DNA from: an uncultured Clostridia bacterium
Lineage (GTDB): Bacteria; Bacillota; Clostridia; Christensenellales; UBA1242
Reading direction: 5' to 3'
Assembly: GCA_944345365.1 (NCBI GenBank)
Contig: CALVMJ010000001.1
Coordinates: 75,228-139,227, forward strand
Length of the DNA stretch: 64,000 nt
The notes beneath the pieces were generated by a model. It had not been told where the DNA came from. It did not search any database and was given only the letters and a program-made list of their open reading frames with translations. Position numbers and translations under genes: made by a program. This document shows, piece by piece, positions 59,265-64,000 of this stretch. Position 1 is the stretch's first letter. Every line of letters begins with the position of its first letter.

Positions 59265-59726
59265 ATGAAAGTATATACAAATAGATTAATTTTCAAAAGA
59301 AAAATAAAGAAGATTTTTGACTTAGCTCTAAAAGAATGTGAAATAAAAGAAGATGTTGCTGTAAATGTTTTTTTTGTGAGCGAAAAAGAGATAAAAAGCC
59401 TGAATAAAGAACATAGAGATATTGATAAGATAACCGATGTGCTTTCTTTTCCTATGCTTGAAATTAAGCCGGGAGATAATTTGGAGAATTTTAAAGACGA
59501 TTTATTTAAAGAAATATTTCTGGGAGATATAGCAATCTGCATAAATAGAGCCAAACAACAGGCAAAAGAGTATGGGCATTCTTTTAAAAGAGAGGTTTGT
59601 TTCTTGGCTTTGCACGGGCTTTTACATCTTCTTGGGTATGATCATATCAAAAAGCAAGATGAGACTAAAATGATGAGCCTAGCTGAAACTATTTTAAAAA
59701 AATCTGGGATTAGGAGAAATAAATGA
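59265..59726 (+). CDS. ybeY: rRNA maturation endoribonuclease YbeY
   Basis: HGLLHLLGYDH zinc-binding motif. Confidence 0.93.
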   Translation: MKVYTNRLIFKRKIKKIFDLALKECEIKEDVAVNVFFVSEKEIKSLNKEHRDIDKITDVLSFPMLEIKPGDNLENFKDDLFKEIFLGDIAICINRAKQQAKEYGHSFKREVCFLALHGLLHLLGYDHIKKQDETKMMSLAETILKKSGIRRNK

Positions 59727-60583
59727 AATATAGATGTGGATATGTGAGTGTTGTAGGAAGAGCAAATGCAGGGAAAAGCACCCTAATTAATAGAGTAGTA
59801 GGCGAAAAGGTCGCAATAGTTTCAAATAAGCCACAAACAACCAGAAATAATATTCTAGGGATAAAAACAGGCGAGGATTATCAACTTATCCTTGTTGATA
59901 CTCCGGGGATTCATATAAGCAAAAATCACCTGGATAGATTTATGAATAAAAGTGTTAGAACAGCTCTTGTTGGGGTGGATTTAATAGTTTATTTAATTGA
60001 CGGGAGCAAGTTTACTGACGAGGACGAAAAACACTACATAGAAAAGTTAAAAAGTGGAGAAATTCCAGTTATAACAGTTTTAACAAAGAGTGATAAGTCA
60101 TTAAAAAGTGATTTTAAAGCTGATTTTATAATTTCAAGTTTAAGTGGCGACAACATTGAAAATTTAATAGAAAAAATGATTGAATTCTTGCCAGAATACA
60201 GCGAAAAAAAACCTATATATGATGAAGATTATTACACCGATAAAAATTTAAAGTTTTTGGTGGCAGAAAACATCAGAGAAGTTGCTTTAAAAATTTTGCA
60301 AAAAGAAATCCCACACGGGATTGCCGTTGAAATTATCAGATTTGAAGAAAAAGAAAGCTTAACCATAATTGAGGCTGATATCATTTGCGAAAAGTTTTCT
60401 CATAAGGGGATAATAATAGGCAAAGGTGGGAAAACCTTGAAAGTTATAGGACAACAAGCTAGAAACGAGTGTGAAAAACTGATAGGAAACAAAATTCTTT
60501 TAAAGCTTTTTGTTAAAGTTGAAGAAGATTGGAGAAACAAGCCAAACCAACTTTCTTCTTTTGGATACAATGATAAAAACTAA
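59723..60583 (+). CDS. era: GTPase Era
   Basis: GRANAGKSTLIN, DTPG, TKSD and a C-terminal KH domain (IIIGKGGKTLKVIG). Confidence 0.95.
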   Translation: MKYRCGYVSVVGRANAGKSTLINRVVGEKVAIVSNKPQTTRNNILGIKTGEDYQLILVDTPGIHISKNHLDRFMNKSVRTALVGVDLIVYLIDGSKFTDEDEKHYIEKLKSGEIPVITVLTKSDKSLKSDFKADFIISSLSGDNIENLIEKMIEFLPEYSEKKPIYDEDYYTDKNLKFLVAENIREVALKILQKEIPHGIAVEIIRFEEKESLTIIEADIICEKFSHKGIIIGKGGKTLKVIGQQARNECEKLIGNKILLKLFVKVEEDWRNKPNQLSSFGYNDKN

Positions 60584-60813
60584 AAAACTCAGCTTATGCT
60601 GTTTTTTTAATTATAGTTATTTATTTATTATCATAATCTAATTTTTTTGATGGAAGGGGCGACGCGTTAAAAAAACAAGCCTGTGAACTTGTTTTTAGCG
60701 AGAGAGCGAAGCAAACGGCAAGCCGGGAGCAACTTGCTAAATTCCGCCCGACAAGGGTCGAACAAAGTTCGATTTCTTCCACCCTTGCAATTTTATGTCA
60801 AAAAAATAATACT

Positions 60814-60887
60814 TGGCAGGGGTGGAAGGAATCGAACCCTCCTCTGGAGTTTTGGAGACTCTTATTCTACCGATGAACTACACCCCT
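60814..60887 (-). tRNA. trnW: tRNA-Trp (anticodon CCA), 3' CCA encoded
   Basis: The reverse complement reads AGGGGTG-TA-GTTC-ATCGGTA-GAAT-A-AGAGT-CTCCAAA-ACTCC-AGAG-GAGGG-TTCGATT-CCTTC-CACCCCT-G-CCA. It closely resembles Bacillus tRNA-Trp as I remember it. Confidence 0.9.
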
Positions 60888-61002
60888 AAATACTTTTCCA
60901 TTTTACATTATTTTTTTTGTTTAGTCAATTATTTTGTGACAAATTCTAATTAAAAACTTTGATTTATTTTTGTTAAGTGGTAAAATAGGGAAGAGGTTTG
61001 AT

Positions 61003-61617
61003 ATGGAAATAAAAAGACTGTCATCTGATTTTTTAGATAGCAACACATTTGTTTTAACAAAAGGAAATGAATGTTTAATTGTTGACGCCGGAGTTAAATT
61101 TAGTGTAATTAAAACTTTTATTGGGAATAAAAAGGTTGTTGGTGTTTTTTTGACTCATGGGCACTATGATCATTCCTACTATTTGGAGGAATATTTAAAA
61201 GGGTTTAATTGCTTGGTTTATGCTTCTAAAAATATATTAAACACTTTAAATGATCCAAAGCAAAATTATGGAGAAAATTTTGTTGTAAAAACTTTTGATA
61301 AAATTATTTTTTTAGAGGGTGATGGAGAAATTAAATGTGGGGAATTTTTAATAAAATATTTTTCTACGCCAGGACATTCAAAATGCAGTATGTGCTTTAA
61401 AATCGAAGATAATTTTTTTGCGGGAGATACGGTTTTTGAAAAGGGTATTGGAAGGACAGATTTAAATGGAGGGAATGTTAAAGAAATGGTTATAAGTTTG
61501 GAAAAGATTAAAGAAATTCCTTTTGAAATGCTTTATAGTGGGCATGGCGATGCTTCAAGCTATGATATGCAAAGGCGAAATCTAAATGCCTATTTAAGAT
61601 ATTTAACAAGAAAATAA
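61003..61617 (+). CDS. MBL-fold metallo-hydrolase
   Basis: FLTHGHYDH metal motif plus later GHS / GD / GH ligands. ATG at 61003 follows GAAGAGG. Confidence 0.85.
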   Translation: MEIKRLSSDFLDSNTFVLTKGNECLIVDAGVKFSVIKTFIGNKKVVGVFLTHGHYDHSYYLEEYLKGFNCLVYASKNILNTLNDPKQNYGENFVVKTFDKIIFLEGDGEIKCGEFLIKYFSTPGHSKCSMCFKIEDNFFAGDTVFEKGIGRTDLNGGNVKEMVISLEKIKEIPFEMLYSGHGDASSYDMQRRNLNAYLRYLTRK

Positions 61618-61641
61618 AAGAAGGCAATAAGTCGACCTCTT

Positions 61642-62553
61642 TTATTTTCTCTTTAACAATCTTTTGTCTTTGCCTTTTAATTCTAGGACGACGGAAGAGT
61701 CTTTATCCATTATTCTTGAGAAAATTCTTTCGTCGTATCTTTCTTTTAGATCATTAGGGGATAGATTTGAAGTTATTACAGTTTTTAAATTTTTCATTCT
61801 TCTTTCGTTGATAATAAGGTAAAAATATTCTTTTGTTATATTTTTAAAAAATGGCTCTGTCCCCAAATCATCAATAAAAAGAACTTCACAAGATAATATA
61901 TCGTCCAAAAGATTTTCATTATCTTTTGCAATGTGGTACTTAACAAATGTGTTATGCATTTCAAAGGCAGTCAAAAGCAAAACAATTTTATTTTGGGATA
62001 TAAATTCATTTGCCATACATTTCATCAAATGTGTTTTTCCCGTCCCTGTTTCTCCTAGCAGATAGATTAAGTTTTTGTTGGAATCGGTTTTATTACACCA
62101 AGTTTCCATCAGTTTGTATATCTTCTTTATTTCCTCTTCATTTTCAAAAATGGAAAAATCAGAATTCTTAAACGATTCTAGGCTTTTAAAGCCACTTTTT
62201 TTAAGTAATATATCTGTAATTTCTCTTTTTAGGCAATCACAATATTTCCCATTTACTAATCCAGAGTCTTCACATTTTGGACAAGAATATTCTGGGAAAA
62301 TTGAGCTAACTTTAAGCTCTTTCAATTTTTTCTCTAGCATTTGTCTTAATTTGTTTAATTTGTTTTCGTCAAATGGTAGTCCAAAAGCCTCACATTTTGC
62401 ATTTTCAATTATAGAGTTGGTGTAATCATTATATAGATCTGAAAAATCTTTGTCTTTAAGAGCAGATTTTAGATTCTGATTCGCTTGTTTTTCGGCAATT
62501 TGTTTTTTTAACCTTAACTTGCCAAGCGCTTCATTTAATAATGTTTGTTTCAT
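61642..62553 (-). CDS. dnaI: Helicase loader DnaI/DnaC-like AAA+ ATPase
   Basis: Zn-binding CPKCEDSGLV..KYCDC and Walker A GETGTGKTHL. Downstream of a DnaD-domain gene, as in Bacillus dnaB-dnaI. Confidence 0.85.
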   Translation of the reverse strand: MKQTLLNEALGKLRLKKQIAEKQANQNLKSALKDKDFSDLYNDYTNSIIENAKCEAFGLPFDENKLNKLRQMLEKKLKELKVSSIFPEYSCPKCEDSGLVNGKYCDCLKREITDILLKKSGFKSLESFKNSDFSIFENEEEIKKIYKLMETWCNKTDSNKNLIYLLGETGTGKTHLMKCMANEFISQNKIVLLLTAFEMHNTFVKYHIAKDNENLLDDILSCEVLFIDDLGTEPFFKNITKEYFYLIINERRMKNLKTVITSNLSPNDLKERYDERIFSRIMDKDSSVVLELKGKDKRLLKRK

Positions 62554-62564
62554 ATTTCTTTCTC

Positions 62565-64000
62565 CTAGATTTCAACTTCGTCGATAGATTGTATCAAAGC
62601 GTCGAGTTCTTCTTTTTTGTAGGTTCGTCCTTTTAACTCTTCTTTGTTTGGAGCAAGTGGGGATTTAGGTTGTGAAGAATTTTTTTGTGCTTTCTCAATT
62701 GTTTTAATCCCTTTTTGATGCCAATTTGATAGAATAGAGTTCATATATTGCATTGGCTGAGTTTTATTTTGTGCAAGTGTTGATGCATATTCTATTAACT
62801 GCTTCGACATAGACCAAGCGTTTGTCCAAGTTTTAAAAAACTCTCTGTCAAGGTAATTTACTTTTCTTTCTAGTCCAATTTTATTAATTATTAACTGTAT
62901 TTCCTTATCTGTTTGTATAATTTCTTCGAGATAGGAATGCAAGCTTTCCACAGATACAATACCAAGCTTGAAGAACTTTTGTATTTTATCATTTAAGCCT
63001 TCGAGCGTTCGTATTGAAGCTTTTCTGCAATATGTTGCGATTTCAAGTATCGCTTCGTCAGAAAAACCTAAATTTTTCCAAGGTACAATGTAGTTTTCTA
63101 CTACCGTTTCTAGATTTTCATAATAAACACCAATAGCAGAGTTTACGCTTCTTGCAAGTGAATACAGCTCTGATTTTTTAGCTTCAAAGTTTTCTATTTC
63201 AATTATTGAAAACAGATTTAAAGAGTAATATTTCATTAGTAGAGTATCAAGTTTTTCAAAATTTGCTCTATTCTTCTTTCTTAAACTTTTAGCAACAAAG
63301 ATGATTACATCATTATTAAAGCCTATCTCCTGCCACTTTTTATAAAGATTTTTTTCTTCTATGAATGAATTTCGTTTAATGCCAAGTGCAGACAAAACGA
63401 GCGAGATTTCTTTTGATGTTTCTTCAAACTCACACAATTTTTCTTCCACCTGCTCGGCAGTTAAGATCCCTTCATTTGCCCAGTTTTTTGCAACTGTTAG
63501 TATGTAGTTATATCCCACATTTGATTTTTTGGAATCTATGCAATATTTTATGATCATTAAAAGAGCTTCTTGTTGCATATGGAATCTCTCCAAAAAGTCA
63601 TAATATTCATAATATTCATTTTTTGTTATTTGACGCTCACCTTCAAAGAGTTCCTGTGCTTGCCTGTTAAAGACTTCATATTTTTCAGGTTTATATAATT
63701 TTGTGCCAGATATAATATTTTTAAGAGGTATGTATCTTATTTCCACCGGAGTTGTTGATAAAACTTGGACAAGTCCCATTTCTTGCCAGTACATAAAACA
63801 AGAAACAACCTCATCTTCTTCTAATTGAAGGTGCTTGGCAAAATTTTCAAGTGAATTATCTGCTTTCAAACTGCTACCGCATAGATACAATCCATATAAA
63901 TAAACCTTAACGCAATTCTCTGGTGCGCTCGGTAAATAATCATTGATAAAAATGTTATCAACTTCTGTTTGATTATTAGCGATATATTCTGTTGAATATT
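62565..64000 (-). CDS. Replication initiation/membrane attachment protein (Bacillus DnaB-type, DnaD domains), 5'-partial
   Basis: The frame stays open beyond the Met at 63890 to the window edge (...YSTEYIANNQTEVDNIFINDYLPSAPENCVKVYLYGLYLCGSS). The N-terminal YLP.AP...VKVYLY block is typical of DnaD/DnaB-type proteins. Confidence 0.75.
   Translation of the reverse strand, partial: YSTEYIANNQTEVDNIFINDYLPSAPENCVKVYLYGLYLCGSSLKADNSLENFAKHLQLEEDEVVSCFMYWQEMGLVQVLSTTPVEIRYIPLKNIISGTKLYKPEKYEVFNRQAQELFEGERQITKNEYYEYYDFLERFHMQQEALLMIIKYCIDSKKSNVGYNYILTVAKNWANEGILTAEQVEEKLCEFEETSKEISLVLSALGIKRNSFIEEKNLYKKWQEIGFNNDVIIFVAKSLRKKNRANFEKLDTLLMKYYSLNLFSIIEIENFEAKKSELYSLARSVNSAIGVYYENLETVVENYIVPWKNLGFSDEAILEIATYCRKASIRTLEGLNDKIQKFFKLGIVSVESLHSYLEEIIQTDKEIQLIINKIGLERKVNYLDREFFKTWTNAWSMSKQLIEYASTLAQNKTQPMQYMNSILSNWHQKGIKTIEKAQKNSSQPKSPLAPNKEELKGRTYKKEELDALIQSIDEVEI

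Noticed and set aside
60650-60790. tmRNA or a second complete tRNA
   Set aside because: It is only about 140 nt long. No 5'/3' acceptor pairing could be drawn, there is no T-stem 5' strand, and the candidate tag frames end atypically. Only the 3'-half similarity to tRNA-Trp is real.
60683-60889. 68-aa + strand ORF in the track
   Set aside because: It runs antisense through the tRNA-Trp gene and the GC-rich structured region. It has no SD, and its composition is driven by the RNA sequence.

Overview
This is a visibly AT-rich chromosomal segment from an endospore-forming Firmicute. Supporting evidence: SpoIVA, YqfC/YqfD, Prp-processed L27, and UGA used both as a stop codon and as the prfB frameshift codon, so this is not genetic code 4. 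Most of the window is conserved housekeeping. It contains feoB (3' part)-der-plsY-spoIVA, rpmB, asp23-yloV, tlyA, prfB with its programmed +1 frameshift, tsaD, a U32 peptidase and an ABC exporter. It also contains pcrA and ligA (separated by a lipoprotein island), the str operon rpsL-rpsG-fusA-tuf, dut, sepF-lspA-rluD, rplU-prp-rpmA and ogg. The last stretch holds nfeD-floA, yqfC-yqfD-ybeY-era, one tRNA-Trp, and a DnaD-type dnaB plus dnaI. The stand-out feature is an insertion of about 11 kb (16131-27131) bounded by a perfect 27-bp direct repeat. All of its roughly 15 ORFs lie on the + strand. It encodes a three-motif HUH rolling-circle Rep preceded by an iteron cluster, and an end-located DDE (rve) transposase/integrase flanked by GC-rich palindromes. 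It also encodes two tiny single-TM peptides, several membrane-anchored proteins (two are tandem paralogs), an SGNH esterase, a signal-peptide/C-terminal-anchor protein, and a 743-aa polytopic membrane protein with a P-loop-like motif. It has no capsid, portal, terminase or tail genes. Its gene order mirrors filamentous-phage (inovirus) logic, but the parts look divergent, so I propose an undescribed integrated ssDNA/rolling-circle virus-like element. Other oddities are a 98-nt GC-rich perfect cloverleaf between a lipoprotein gene and ligA, and a 71-aa protein with 18 cysteines arranged around two hydrophobic cores. There is also a 1305-aa lipoprotein built of six modules of about 208 aa, a sigma-70 region-4-only protein, and an inverted partial copy of the tRNA-Trp 3' half. 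No rRNA genes or CRISPR arrays were seen. All calls come from reading motifs by eye; no searches or folding programs were run.
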